From the NCBI RefSeq assembly GCF_001194135.2, contig NC_068982.1, positions 77,633,427 through 77,681,366 of the forward strand: a stretch of 47,940 bases of DNA, given 5' to 3'. Position 1 is the first letter of the stretch; every line of letters starts with the position of its first letter. A model generated the notes under the pieces. It was not told the origin of the DNA and made no database searches. It worked only from the letters and a program-made list of their open reading frames with translations. The stretch is from Octopus bimaculoides. Its lineage: Eukaryota. Shown here piece after piece: positions 34,640-47,879 of this stretch. The position numbers were made by a program, and so were the translations under genes.

Positions 34640-35900
34640 ATAACCAGAATTTTTTATGTATTTGTGCTGTATGTTTGTGTTGCTACACATGATGTTAGTT
34701 GTATTTGATGTTCTTTGGAGGTGCTGGTGTGAAGGGTGGTGGGAGAAATGGTGTGAGCTATTTTTAGGTTTGTTTGGAGCTAGGTTTCTAGGTGGTTGAT
34801 ATTGTGGTGCAGCTATGTCTCTAGAACAGTAGGAGGAAGTGAGCATGATGTCTTCATATGAGGCTGGGTGTTTGTTTTGTGGGGGAGTGAGAAGGCTGTG
34901 TAAATATGAGTATATAAAAATGAATGTGAAGTTGGGTCCTTGAGGTTTTATATTTGGAAAGTTACAGATTGATGTATTGTTACTGTATTCTGTACAGTCT
35001 TGCTGATCTGAGAAATAGTTGCTAACCAAATTATTTTGTTATTTTTTAAGAAAATATTTAGTATTTTCTAATGAATGAGTAACTAGGAATTGCGTCAAAC
35101 AGTTTGCTAATGTCAAGGGTAGTTAGAATGTTGCATGTAGGAAAAGGAGAAGGAGGAGGTTCTTTTAGCTCAGTTTATCAGATTTTTGTGATATGAAGTT
35201 TGTGAGTAGTGATATAATTGAATATACTAGTTGTGAGTTGTGAATAGGAATATGCATGTCGAAGGAGAAAGAGGAATGCATGGATTAGTGATGTCAACAA
35301 TGACTCATGAATGTTTGACATAGGAAGGTAATAAAGTCTGTGTAATACAACAGCAACTAGGCTCTTGTTTAGTTTTAGAACAATGATTATACCTGGTTTC
35401 TAGATACTGAGGATTTAGCAATTGGTATGACTAAATTGAAGTGAAATAATTGCTTAAGCTTTGGTCAGTTTAAATGTATGTTTTGGCTTTTGTTTAGCCA
35501 GATCTTTGAGTTTTTACATTTTTCTCTTGCTTTTCTGGTATTGATGGAAAGAAAGTGATAAGGATATGGGCTAGAAGAAATATGCTTCTGCTTTTGTCTT
35601 TTTAGTGTTGTCTTTGTTGACTGATTTTGGCCAAGTGTTTGATAAAAGTTTGGGTCAGTTACTTAAGTTATTATGAGATGGGGGTCAGTGTTGTTTGATA
35701 GAACAGTATGGATAAATTACTTGAAGCTTTTACTGTGAGATGGGGTCACTACTGTTCATGCAATCGATTACTTTGCTTTTGTTATTTTCTTTATAAGACA
35801 ATCAGATTAAGATGGCTCACTGTCCTTAAATGTTGTAGGATCTTTGAGATTAATGAGATTTTTGTGGCTGATAACAAACTTAAAAACCTGCAAGCTAATG
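34640..35900 (-). mobile_element. Highly decayed non-LTR retrotransposon RT (clade unresolved)
   Basis: Minus strand LDISKLFDAIP (cf. LDxSKAFD), QGPNFTFIF (cf. QGSxLSPxLF) and SYEDIML (cf. YADD) in the correct order. Confidence 0.55.
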
Positions 35901-36088
35901 TTTTAGGAGAAACAGAGGAGGTGCATGGATGAAACTGAGATCTAATCTGAATGCTTGCAACAGTGTAACTCTACCAAATGCTTATTCAATGACAAGGTGA
36001 TCATACTAAACTAGATGGTGTATTAGGTGTATCTCTTAAGTAAAGGTTTTTGTTTTGTGAATTCAGATATTTATCACAAATCATCATA

Positions 36089-36629
36089 TGCATTGTGAAC
36101 AATGAGAATCAAAATGATGATATACGTATTCATTCTTTATATGTTAGGGTAGATTCATATGTGAATATGCTAATAACCGTTGTATTTCATATTGGAAGAC
36201 AACTTACAGGTGTTTGTAATCCACTCAATTCTAAAATACAACAGCAATTAGCATGTACATGTTTGAATTTCCTAAAATATATTAACCCATTACCTCGCAT
36301 AATTCTATTAACTGGAATTTTATTTTATGAAACTTTGATTTCTAGCACAAAACAGCCCTAGAAACACGCTGGGATGATCAAAATAACATTTCAAAATAAC
36401 ATTTTAAATAGAAGTAAGCGAGATATTGGGTGAAAAATTAGCAAACCTCATTTGAATATCAGAGAAATATACCTAGTAGATATAGCAAAAAGGTTAGATA
36501 TGTGTAAATATTGACAGATAATTACGAAATTTGTAATTTTTAAGTGATCTCATTTGAGATCACTGGTAGGTAATGGGTTAAGAATAAATACGTATGTCAT
36601 TGTTTTGATTCTCATTGTTTCAAAATGCC
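36089..36629. mobile_element. MITE-like element with about 50-bp imperfect TIRs
   Basis: 36089-36138 vs reverse complement of 36580-36629: about 43/49 identical; TSD not resolved. Confidence 0.6.
36286..36577. mobile_element. piggyBac-type MITE (292 bp) nested in the previous element
   Basis: TTAA|CCCATTACCT ... AGGTAATGGG|TTAA: 10-bp perfect TIR starting CCC, with TTAA on both sides (36282-36285, 36578-36581). Confidence 0.8.
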
Positions 36630-38114
36630 ATTTTCTGCCATTAATAAAACTGTCAGCATTTTTGACGACTTGAGTATGCTAGTGTATTAATTAAGAAGGA
36701 ATATGTATGTCACCAAAATATTTGCCAGTTTTTTGGTTTTCTTTCTATTATTTCCTTAATTTCTTGGCAATAAGTTTACTTTTGTTGTGAGTAGCATTAA
36801 CATATATTTCAAATTGTTCTTAGTTCACATTAGTTTATTTCAGTAGGTTCATATGCCTTTATGTTGCTTTGGGGGATATGACTGTTTTTTGTTGCTTTTT
36901 TTTTTGTGGAGGGTGAGTGTTTCTGATGTATTTTGTTGAAAGAATGTACTGTCGCATCTATGTTGTGATAATGATGAACAAGTGATCAAAAGAGAAACTG
37001 GGAATTATTCACTGTATAGTTATGATAGAGAGTTGTGCGGGGAACGATTATTGGTGATAGCAGGATATGTGATTGTGTTAGCATGTACTATATAGCATAT
37101 AATGGGAGGTTAGTTATGATGTTATTGTGTCTCTTACAGTATTTGATATAGTTTTTTTTACCAAAGTGGTTTACATTGAAGTTTCCTCAATAACAATGTT
37201 AGGAAGTTCATTAAGATAATTTAATTGGGTGCAGGTATTGTGTACATTGGGTACATGATAGGAATTGAGCAGCTTAAGGTCTTAAAAAGCTTTAAATGAC
37301 TAGTTTAGCTACTTATCCATTCAGATAATTAACTTATAATTTGTTGAGCATACAAGTAAGAATTAAGATAATATAAACAAATTTTAACTATTGTAGTATC
37401 ATCATTGAAATAAAGCATTTTCATCAATTATGTCAAATAGAGCTGATCTGAATTGAACAACAGTCAAATCTCCCACAAATCAAACCACATTACCTTAAAC
37501 AAGGATTTTTATAATAGATTTGCTCAAGTAAGGTTGACATGGGTCTAAATAACAATAGCTGGCAATGTAGCATCAGATATCATTATAACTGAAATAGAAG
37601 TAATGAAATAAAAGCTTTCATTTTAATTATAGGAGGAGGGGTACCCATGATCTCTGCAGGCAGTCACAGACTGGTGCAGTCAATAAAGTTAATGTAGCAA
37701 ATAATGAAGTAAAGTATTTAGGGTGAGAGACAGCAGTGATCATGAGAATGAGAGAGGCAAGTTCAATGAATGTACTTAGGTGGGGGTGATTTGTAGCTTA
37801 AGAGTTTAGATAGAATACTTTGTAGTAGTGATAGATGAGGTGGGGAAGGGAAACAGTATCTAGAAAGGGAGTGTGTTTTGCTAATTAGCCAGATAGGCAT
37901 TTTTTATGCAATCAAAAATGTGTGTGAGTGCACATGCATGCATGTGTGAGTGTGTGCACGTGCATGTGTGTGTGTGTGTAGTAGTAGTAGTAGCATCATT
38001 ATCATCTCAGTATGAACCAAATTTGAACTTTATAGAAGATCAGTACCTGATCAGTGCTGAAATATTTTCTAGACCTGAAGAAGCCTAGTCACTTTGGGAT
38101 ACAATTTTGGGAAC

Positions 38115-38172
<58 letters not shown>

Positions 38173-38454
38173 CATAAAATTTAATAAAAGAACTCATTTA
38201 ACATATGCGTATTACTCCATTTATTAAATTTTATATTTACTCAAATATCCCAAACTAACAGGGAGTTTCTACCTCGTAAACAGGAGTTACACCACAGTCA
38301 TTTTGTGATCTTTGCTACCCTGGTATCTATTAACCAATTTGTTTTGTTGGAGTTAATTGTTAACTAAGAGAAAATAATTACATATAATCATATATATATA
38401 TAAATAAGAGGTGTTGACATGTAGGATCATAAAATATTGTGAGGTCTAATATTT

Positions 38455-39042
38455 GTAGAGATTGGATGAGGATAGCTGCGTGAAAAAGTGCCACACCCTA
38501 ACAGTTGAGGGAACCCGTGGAAGAGGTAGGCCCAGGAAGACCTGGGCTGAGGTGGTGAGGCAAGACCTTCGTACATTGGGCCTCACCGAGGCGATGACTA
38601 CTGACCGAGACCTTTGGAAATGTGCTGTGCGTGAGAAGACCCGGCAAGCCAAGTAAGATCGTTGCCAGTGCCCCTGGACTGGCTCTTGTGCGGGTGGCAC
38701 ATGAGATGCACCATTTTGAGTGTGGCCGTTGCCAGTACCGCCTGACTGGCTCCCGTAGGATTTTCGAGTGAGATCGTTGCCAGTGCCCCTGGACTGGCTT
38801 GTGTGGGTGGCACATAAAAGACACCATTTCGAGCGTGGCCGTTTTCGTGCGGGTGACACGTAAAAGCACCCACTACACTCTCTGAGTGGTTGGCGTTAGG
38901 AAGGGCATCCAGCTGTAGAAACTCTGCCAAATTAGATTGGAGCCTGGTGTTGCCATCCGGTTTCACCAGTCCTCAGTCAAATCGTCCAACCCATGCTAGC
39001 ATGGAAAGCGGACGTTAAACGATGATGATGATGATGATGATA
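38455..39042 (+). mobile_element. Young-looking 5'-truncated RTE 3' end, (GAT)n tail
   Basis: Intact MDEDSCVKKCHTLTVEGTRGRGRPRKTWAEVVRQDLRTLGLTEAMTTDRDLWKCAVREKTRQAK*; CpG-rich 3' UTR. Confidence 0.92.
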
Positions 39043-41079
39043 TGAGGTTTTAGATGTATGTTATTCACATACAAAAAGGGTGTATTACAAGACAATTTCC
39101 TTGATATATCCTATGACTCTGCCTTGGTGCTATGAAGAGGACTAGATTGTTGTGACTATTTTAAAGGATGTTTCCAAGTTCTCTGTCCATGGAATCAGTG
39201 CAAATCAGAATTGAGATATTTAAGTCATGTGTGGATAAATGTTGCACAGGAGGTTAAGAAGAATAAAAGTATCAACATTTTAGGAATTTATATGGTTAGA
39301 TATAACTACAAGTAGGTTATAAATCTACAGATGGAAGAGTATGACAGACATAACTGAATACTGATATTGAAACTACATACCTTTGGTATCATCACTTCAT
39401 TTCAGATAGTGATCAAGATCAACCATTGTCAGTAGAATTTTTATTTATTACTAAAAACTTGCCAAGATTAAAGTGTTAGCATTTAATATAGAAAGAGACT
39501 GATTTAATAATGAACCCCTTAATCTTTTATGGACAATAATCTAGTCCTCATAAGATATAAAAACTATAGCTGTCACTTACAAGTGAGTATTAAATGGTAA
39601 TACATATTGCTTTCACTAATTGTTTTAGGTCCTGATGTTGTTGAGAATAGACATTGACAACTCACAGTTCTCTTATTCTAAATGTAGTAGAACACCAACA
39701 ATGTGAGAGCTGGAAGGTGAAAAGGCTGCACCAGCACTAGGCCGGTATTAATTTTCAGTTGAGTAGACTGGAGTAATGTGAAATGAAACACATTCCTCAT
39801 GGTTACAGCATGCTCCCTGATCCAGGAATCAAATCCATGATCTTATACTCCTAAGTTAAACACTCTAACTACTAAGCCACATACCTTTTCAGATAAAATA
39901 GATAACCAATTGATTTTTCTTGCTGGTAAACTATATCCAGATCTCATTCTATTAACTTGAACAACTTTCAGGATTCTAAAGGCTTTACGAGTTCCTGCTT
40001 TTTCTTTATTTACCACTTTTTACTATTATTTTGTAATATCTTTAATTGCTTTATAGATGATAGGTCATCTTTTTTATTTGAAAAGTTTTTTTTTGTTTTT
40101 GTTCTAGTTGGAAACATCCAATCAGTACTCAGAAAAATCATTTTCATGTTACTGAAGTAGTCATGTCATAAATACTAATAAAATATTACCTTAACATCAT
40201 ATTGAGTAGCCTTTTTTTCTCAGCCTTAAACTCTTATCTGTAACAATTTGTCATTGATATTCAACAAATTTTGGAAGAAGTTCAATGTGAGAAGAGGAAT
40301 AGGAATAATAAGGAATTCAGTAAAATAATTTTGTCATTATTTAGTGGGTATTTGGAACATGAATCAACATGAAATTTTGATGGATGGTTTTAATTTAGAT
40401 CACTTTAAAACAGGAATCTGTAACAAGCTGGTTGATATCAAAAGGGTTAAATTGACTTAACAATTGATATAAAACTCACAAACAATTTATATAAAACTAC
40501 AAATTCAGAATATTATACATTCACACATTGTATACTTTAATAATTCCTTAAATAGATATGGTACCCCAGGCAACTATCTTTAACTGTTGTATCAGTGAAT
40601 CTGTTGTAATACATAATTATTGTAATATGCAAAACTCCAACCTATTGTACCTTGCATCAAATTTTAAATATTAAGCAATTTTTCAATAAAAAAAATATAA
40701 AGAGAAAAATCAATAAATTGCTAGTAACTAGCATTGATACAAGAGACATTTACTAATTCAATGGACCATTTGATTTGTTCAACTATTGAATAGGTGATAA
40801 AATGAACTTAAATGTCAACTAAAACAGCCAATGGGAAAAAACAGTAATAATTAGTTCATCTCTAAATAAGCTACTGGCCATATTATAATGTCAATAATGA
40901 GGTAGCAGTAGTGATTTAATTATTTTATAGAAATCTTAGTTTACTGGAAAGCTTTTATGTTGCACATTTTAAGTCGTTTCTACATTTTTTTTTTAAATCA
41001 ATAAAAATTAAGGTTAAAAAAAAGAATAAAGCAATTAGAATCCTTGTATATTTTTTAAATTTTAGTTATATCATCATTG

Positions 41080-41512
41080 TCATCATCATCATTGCTGTTT
41101 TATTATCGCACACTTCCATGCTTTATAGATTGTGTGAAGACTACTGATGCACATTTTCTATAGCCAATGCTCTTCCTGTCACAAACCTTCACCTGTTCGC
41201 AAGAAATGTAATATTTCCCTAATACTTTGAACTCAAACAGATCAATGGCTAGACATGTCTTACAGAAATTGCAAACAAATGTTGCCATTTATATGAGCTG
41301 TGAACTTGCTTATAATAATTACATGTCAAGACAAGGACACACACACACACACGTCTCCTTTCAGTTTCTACTTTCCAAAGTTACTTCTAAAGTTTTCATT
41401 GACTTGGGGTTGTAGTAGAAGACACTTGCTCAAGATGCTAAACAGTGGGACTAAACTTGAAATCATGTAGTTGGGAAGTGAACTTCCTAAACACATAGTC
41501 ATACCTGCACCT
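41080..41512 (-). mobile_element. RTE-type tail plus SINE family 1 head
   Basis: catcatcatcattgctgtt...cacttccatgct and tttcagtttctac...gtagtagaagacacttgctcaag...cagtgggactaaac. Confidence 0.65.
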
Positions 41513-42129
41513 GTGAAATCTAATATATTAAATGGGATTTCCTTATGCTAATGATATTTTAAAATATATCCAGTACTTTTAGCAACTACTTCAAGGAAGA
41601 ACCATTCTAGCCATTTAATACTGCACAAAACTGTTAAATTTATTTTAGATTTGTTGTTGTTTCCTGAAGTGCCAAAATTTTCATCACACAACTGTGACTT
41701 AGTCACTGCAACTCAGTGGAACTGTGTCAGTAACCTAGTTACAGACACGCAACAAAAATTTAAACACCTAATGAAATAGATTTAAAGTCTTATTAAATAA
41801 CGTGAATGGTTCATTTACAGAGTAGTTGTTCAAACCATGCCCTCAGCAAGTCACTTGCTAGATAAGTACAATTGCAAAAATCCCATATACAAAAATAATA
41901 ATTCTGAAATGAATTGTTAGTAACAATCAATATCTGAGTTTTGGACTAGTTTCACCACATTTTAGGTATTAACTTTAAATCTTATAAATTTAGTAATTCT
42001 TTATGTGATTAGTGGTGAATTAACTCTTTGAATAATATAGATAAAAAAAGAAATATATTACAAGAAATTATGAAATGACTGAATATTTTATTGATAAAGT
42101 TTTTAGAGAGGCATATTTTACAAATCTAA

Positions 42130-42975
42130 GATCATCATCATCATCGTTTAACGTCCGCTTTCCATGCTAGCATGGGTTGGACGATTTGACTGAGGACTGG
42201 TGAACCAGATTGCTGCACCAGGCTCCAATCTGATCTGCCAACCACTCTGAGAGTGTAGTGGGTGCTTTTACATGCCACTGGCACAAGGGCCAGTCACGCG
42301 GTACTGGCAATGGCCACGCTCAAAATGGTGTTTTTTACATGCCACCTGCATGGGAGCCAGTCCAGCGGCACTGGCAATGACCTCGCTCAAATGATTTTCT
42401 AACAAGCCACCAGCACAAGTGCCAGTAAGGTGATGCTGGTAACGATCACACTCAATTGGTGCTATTTATGTGCCACTAGCAAGGAAGCCAGACAGCTGCT
42501 CTGGCAATGATCATGCTCGGACGGTGCTGTTAGTGCTCCACTGGCACAGGTGCCGGTCATTGAATATGGTTCGATTTCGATTTCAATTCACTTGCCTCAA
42601 CAGGTCTTCACAAGCTGAGTTTAGTGTCCGATGAAGTAAAGATATGAATAAGTGAGCTGGCTACACTTCTGGCAGAGGCCACAGATTATGCTCTCACTTG
42701 GCTTGCCGGGTCTTCTCAGGTACTGCATATTTCCAAAGGTCCCAGTCACTAGTCATTGCCTTGGTAAGGCCTAAAGTTCGAAGGTCGTGCTTCACCACCT
42801 CATCCCAGGTCTTCCTGGGTCTACCTCTTCCACAGGTTCCTTCAACCGCTAGGATGTGGCACTTTTTCACACAGCTATCCTCATCCATTCTTGCCACATG
42901 ACCATACCAGTGCAATCGTCTCTCTTGCACACCACAACTGATGCTTCTTAGGTCTAACTTTTCTCTCAAGGTACT
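42130..42975 (-). mobile_element. 5'-truncated RTE 3' end, (CAT)n tail
   Basis: ORF 42694-42993 LREKLDLRSISCGVQERRLHWYGHVARMDEDSCVKKC...KTRQAK*. Confidence 0.92.
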
Positions 42976-44751
42976 TAGCTTTTCAGAGACCAACTACAAC
43001 AATGTAATTTTTTAATGGTTTTTCTATTAGATTTCATTGGTAAAAAATGACTGGAAATTGAGATGTTTAATAGATAATGAAGGAATTACAATTCAATAAA
43101 AAAATAAATTATTACTGTTAATGAATCGTATATAAATTAAAAACAACTTTTCTTAAAATTTTAAAAGGTTTTCGTTGTTTCTCATGTTGACATGAGTCAA
43201 AATATCATAGGAATGGTGAAGCAATTCTTTAACTATAGTATTATCTAATGCTTTCTATATTTTAAATGTATTGGTCTCCCATCCATAATTCAGCCCTGCA
43301 TCAAATGGGCTGAATTGTGGATAGGAAATTGAGTGTCCCAGGTGAGGGACCTAGATAAGCATAAGACTGCTAGGCACAATAATTGCTATTTATAATATAA
43401 TATTGAAAACAAACCAAAATATCACTGTTAGCACAAACTGACAAAAAAAAAAACAAAAAAAAAAACTGCATAAAGTAAGTTGTTAGTTATGTGGGGAGGT
43501 CACATCATCTCATTATACTGCCTTCCTCAGCATACATAACCTACATCTGTTATGTCTTCCATTATTTATGGGTTGCATTAACTTAAAGAAACATTTTTTA
43601 ATTATATAAATGAAAAATTCTCCTAGCTTGTCAACTACTTTTAATGAGTGGATAAAAACAAAAGCCAAAAATATAAGTTTTGTATTCTGTATGGCAATTC
43701 TCTTAAGCAAAGTGTAAACAGTTATACAGCTGATCTGAAAGAGTAAAGTTGAAATATAGTATTCATATACTGTAGTATATTTATGATAAATTTATGGTTT
43801 CATACTTTATTGCAGTATACTCCCAGAACATAGTATTTACATGTACAAAATCATACATCATCCTTAGAAAATCACTTTAAAATATCTTTGAATAAATGCA
43901 TGATAAAACTTACTGAATTTGTTTCTTTTTTCCACAAAACATACTTGTGTAGTGGGGTGTGTGTCTTATACACTGGAAAATATAGTACTTAATACCTTTC
44001 ATATTGCTAACCACTTATCCTTAGAGTAGAAATGATGTTGATTTTCTTCATTTTGGAAAACTGAAATAATTCTGCTTTCCATGAAGAACAACGGCAAAAA
44101 TATAAGGATTTTAGTTCATGACTTCACACACAGTAATAGATCAATTGATTGTGCATAATGTTGAGCTGGAACATTACATCTTAGTTTTATAGCCTGACAC
44201 TTATTAATTTTTATTACACATTCAACATCACATTACTTTGTATAGAAATGGTTGTTTACTGACAATGCAGCTAAGAAGATTTAGTTTACAACAGAATCAG
44301 GACCAAACTATCAGCTGTGATGGACTAAAGACAAGACAAGTTAAGCCTCTTAGTCAAAGCTAAGGCAATCAGTCTACAAGAAAACTATATATAAAAAAAC
44401 CCACATGGTTAGTATCAAGTGTTTAATAATTCCATATTATCTGATTAGAAAGATGCTGAAGAAAATATTATAACAAAGAGATGTTGGGGTAAATAACTTT
44501 GAACAAGCAGAACTGTGGTTTAGAAATAGCAATTAAATACTCAGAAGTCTTCAGTAGACATTCTACAGAGTTCAGTTATCCTTTCTTGTGTATAAAACAT
44601 CTTGAAATTTATACATGTGGTTGAAGACAGTGAGAAGATTACTCTTTAGAGGGAACTGGTTATTAAACTGAACAAGTCATATAAGAGTATAGAAGCTTTT
44701 TGCTGACTAATCACCAAAATATGTTGCTCTTTAGTCCTAGGTTAGCATGTA

Positions 44752-47205
44752 TTGCTGTGCAACGAGCCACCCAGAGCAATGAGCAGCATTCAGCACGCCG
44801 AACAAGAAATGCTTCCGCTATTGCAGATGCATGAGCTTCAGAGACTGCAGCACAATGTGCAGATCGACTTACAAGAGATGCTTCCTCAACTGCTGCTGCT
44901 GCATGAGTTGCAGAGACTGCAGCACAATGCGCAGTTTGACATACAAGAGATGCTGCAGCAACTGCTGCTGTGTGTGCTACGGAGACTACAGAGGAAAGAC
45001 AACAACAACTGGGGGCTGCACGATGTTCCTACTCAAGGCCATGTTCCTCGCATTGGTCAATGACAGCATTCAACTACGATCTTACAATTGACTACAGTAA
45101 TCACCCTGACGTTCAAATAGGATGCTTGTCAACAATCTGCCAATTTTGTGGAGCTAAAAAGTGGCCTGGAGAAACTCCCAGCATGTGCTGCACCAACAGT
45201 AAGATTACAGTACTTCTTCTACAAGGTCCTCCACCCCTTTTGACTGATCTTTTAGCAGAGGCGTCTCCTTATTCTCATGACTTTCTCAAGCAGATATGTG
45301 CCTACAATTGTGCATTCCAAATGACTTCCTTCAGCACCAACATCATATGAGATGGGCATTTCATGCCTTCCTTTAAAGTGCAGGGGCAGATTTACCATAG
45401 AATTGGTTCCCTGCAGCCGCATAATGCTGCCTCGCCTCAGTTTCTTCAGCTCTACTTCGTGGGCGACTACGTTGACCAGGCAGCCAGGAGAAAGCTGTAG
45501 CTCCTGCTACAAACATTGCTCTGATATGTTGGCTGCAGGAAATGATTCACGTGACAAACAGCTATGTCCACAGTTTCAGGTATGCTTTAGAGGCCTCCAT
45601 ATCGCCAGAGTTAACTTTAGTAGTTAACACTGATAAACGGCCTTCAGGAGAACATTCTTGCCGCTTCGATGCACCTGCATGCAATGAAGTTGCTGTACTT
45701 GTGCAGGAGGACCACCACCACAACAGAGACATCGTTCCACGACATCACAACGATGCACTCCAGTGTATTTGTGAAACCTATCAGTCTTATGACACCCTAC
45801 AGTATCCACTGCTGTACGTATATGGTGAAGACGGCTTCCATCTGGAAATTTCCCAAAACACTTCCACAAGCAAATCTGTAAATTGTATGGGATGCTATGC
45901 CTACCACTACATTATTCGAGAAAACAGCCTAAATCACTTTCACCTTTCATGCGACCTCTTTCAACAGCACACAGCTGATAATGCAGTTAAGATTGAATCT
46001 CAGCGTTTGTGGTATATACGATTCAATCAGGCTAAATTACATGCCAAGAAATATATCCATCTCAGAGACAGCATCAACAACGACATGGTACCGAGGAGTA
46101 TTGATCAACTATGCATTCTGCCTTCATCTTTCACAGGTGGTCCATGCTACAAGCATGAAAGGACACAGGATGCCATGGTTTATGTTCAACATTACAGCAG
46201 ACCAGACCTTTTATAACATTCACCTGCAACAGAGAGTGGAAAGACATCCAAATGAGCCTCCTGCCTGGATAACAGGCTCATGATAGACCTGATGTTATCG
46301 CCAGAGTTTTCAGACTCAAACTGCTCAGATTCATGGATATTCTTGCAAAAGGTGAGATATTTGGTGCTGTCTGGTGCTACATGTTTTCCATGGAGTGGCA
46401 AAAATGGGGCATGCAGATACTCTTCTGTGGCTAACTACTAAAATAAACGCTAATGACAGACAGGTTCATATCTGCAGAAATACCAGACCCAGCTATTGAC
46501 AAAGAGTTACACGACATTGTAAAGGTGACCATGGTTCATGGTCCATGTGGACTAGGCTATCCCCACAGGGATTGTATCATGGATAATGTTTGCTCAAAAA
46601 AGTTCCCAAAACGATTTGTGCATGTAACTCATACAGCTACAGATGGCTATCCATTGTACAGAAGACGAAAACCAGATGATGGAGGGTTCACTGTAAACAT
46701 TGGAAAATTTGAGGTTGACTTTAGGTAGATCGTCCCTTACTGCACACTCCTCTCAAAGACATTAACATCGAATTTTGCAACTCCATAAAGTCGATAAAAT
46801 ATGTTTGCAAATATGAACAAGGGATCTGATGCAGTCATGTTCAGCCTTCAAGGCAATATCCAAAATGATGAGGTCACCCAGTATCAGGCCACACGATACA
46901 CTAGCAGCAATTAGGCGTTCTGGCATACTTTTGGTTTTCCAATACACAAAAGACATCTTGCTGTCATGCAGCTTGGTGTATACTTGAAATATGGCCAATA
47001 AGTATACTTTACCAACATCAATGCTGCCCAATTGGCACAGGAGCCAGGAGATACAACTCTAACTGTGCGTTTTTTTAAACTTTGTCAGTTGGACCCATTC
47101 GCATGCACACTACTATACCCACAAGTGCCATCCTACTACACGTGGTACAACAAGACCTAGAGAAGAAAATCAGGCAAACCTGTTGAAGGATATGATGGCA
47201 TTAAG
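44752..47205 (+). mobile_element. Decayed Helitron RepHel gene, N-terminal and Rep (HUH) region; helicase absent
   Basis: CQFCGAKKWPGETPSMCC, AYNCAFQMTSF, FKVQGQIYHRIGSL, YDTLQYPLL, KIESQRLWYIR, ILPSSFTGGP, PDLFITFTCN (motif 1), MEWQKWG (motif 2, HUH lost), MVHGPCG, GYPLYRRR, KYVCKY (motif 3); many stops and frameshifts. Confidence 0.93.
44829..44990 (+). repeat. 72-bp (24-codon) tandem repeat in the Helitron N-terminus
   Basis: Units start at 44829 and 44901 (gcatgag..cagagactgcagcacaatg...acaagagatgct...actgctgctg), with degenerate flanking units; encode ETAAQ...RDAA repeats. Confidence 0.85.
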
Positions 47206-47460
47206 TTTTGCGGGAAGAACTGTTCCAACGAAGTCACATGTTGTCCTTGTCTTCGAAACGCGGAGTAAATGGAACAGGGACAACTGAAGGAGGGAAATAT
47301 TCTTTATGTTGCATGTCTCGTTTCTCTGTTTGTTTTTTTCGTTGTTCGAAAAAAAGTTTGTTTTCTGTCTTTGTCTTTATGTTTTCATTTCTCATTGTGT
47401 TTAACGTTTTTTGTGATGTCCTGGACCCATAAATGCATGAATGTATACATATAGATGTAG
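47206..47460 (+). mobile_element. Unclassified repeat, probably a Penelope-like terminal segment
   Basis: ctgttccaacgaag...cttcgaaacgcgg (degenerate CTGANGA...GAAAC) followed by a T-rich tract; abuts the truncated Helitron. Confidence 0.4.
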
Positions 47461-47607
47461 GTATGTACATATATTTATATATTATTTATGTTCTTATATG
47501 ATCGAATGCACGCAAAAATTTAGATTCAAAATTGAATGTGGCACTTAAGTTTAGGCACCAGAAGATTGTATGGTATTATCCAAACAATTCCAAAAACAAG
47601 GCGATCA

Positions 47608-47879
47608 AAAATCAAAAAAAGCAACACGGATTTTTGAAGGTTATTGCAGTACGCACGTTTTATGCTACTCCATTTATTTAAGTAATGCTAGCATTACATT
47701 AAATACAAAATGCAGAGCAATCCTCAGCTGCATAAGGATATAGAAAATTTTCTATATCCTTATGCAGCTGAGGATTGCTCTGCATTTAATGTAATGCTTG
47801 CATTACTTAAATAAATGGAGTAGCATGAAACGTGCGTACTGCAATAACCTTTAAAAATCCGTGTTGCTTTTTTTGATTT

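Noticed and set aside
40430-40450. piggyBac-like end GGTTGATATCAAAAGGG|TTAA
   Set aside because: No matching left end found, so an element cannot be delimited.
44752-45091. Leu/Gln-rich 103-aa ORF and Cys-rich 86-aa ORF as novel genes
   Set aside because: Alternative frames of the 72-bp Helitron repeat; no independent evidence of coding.
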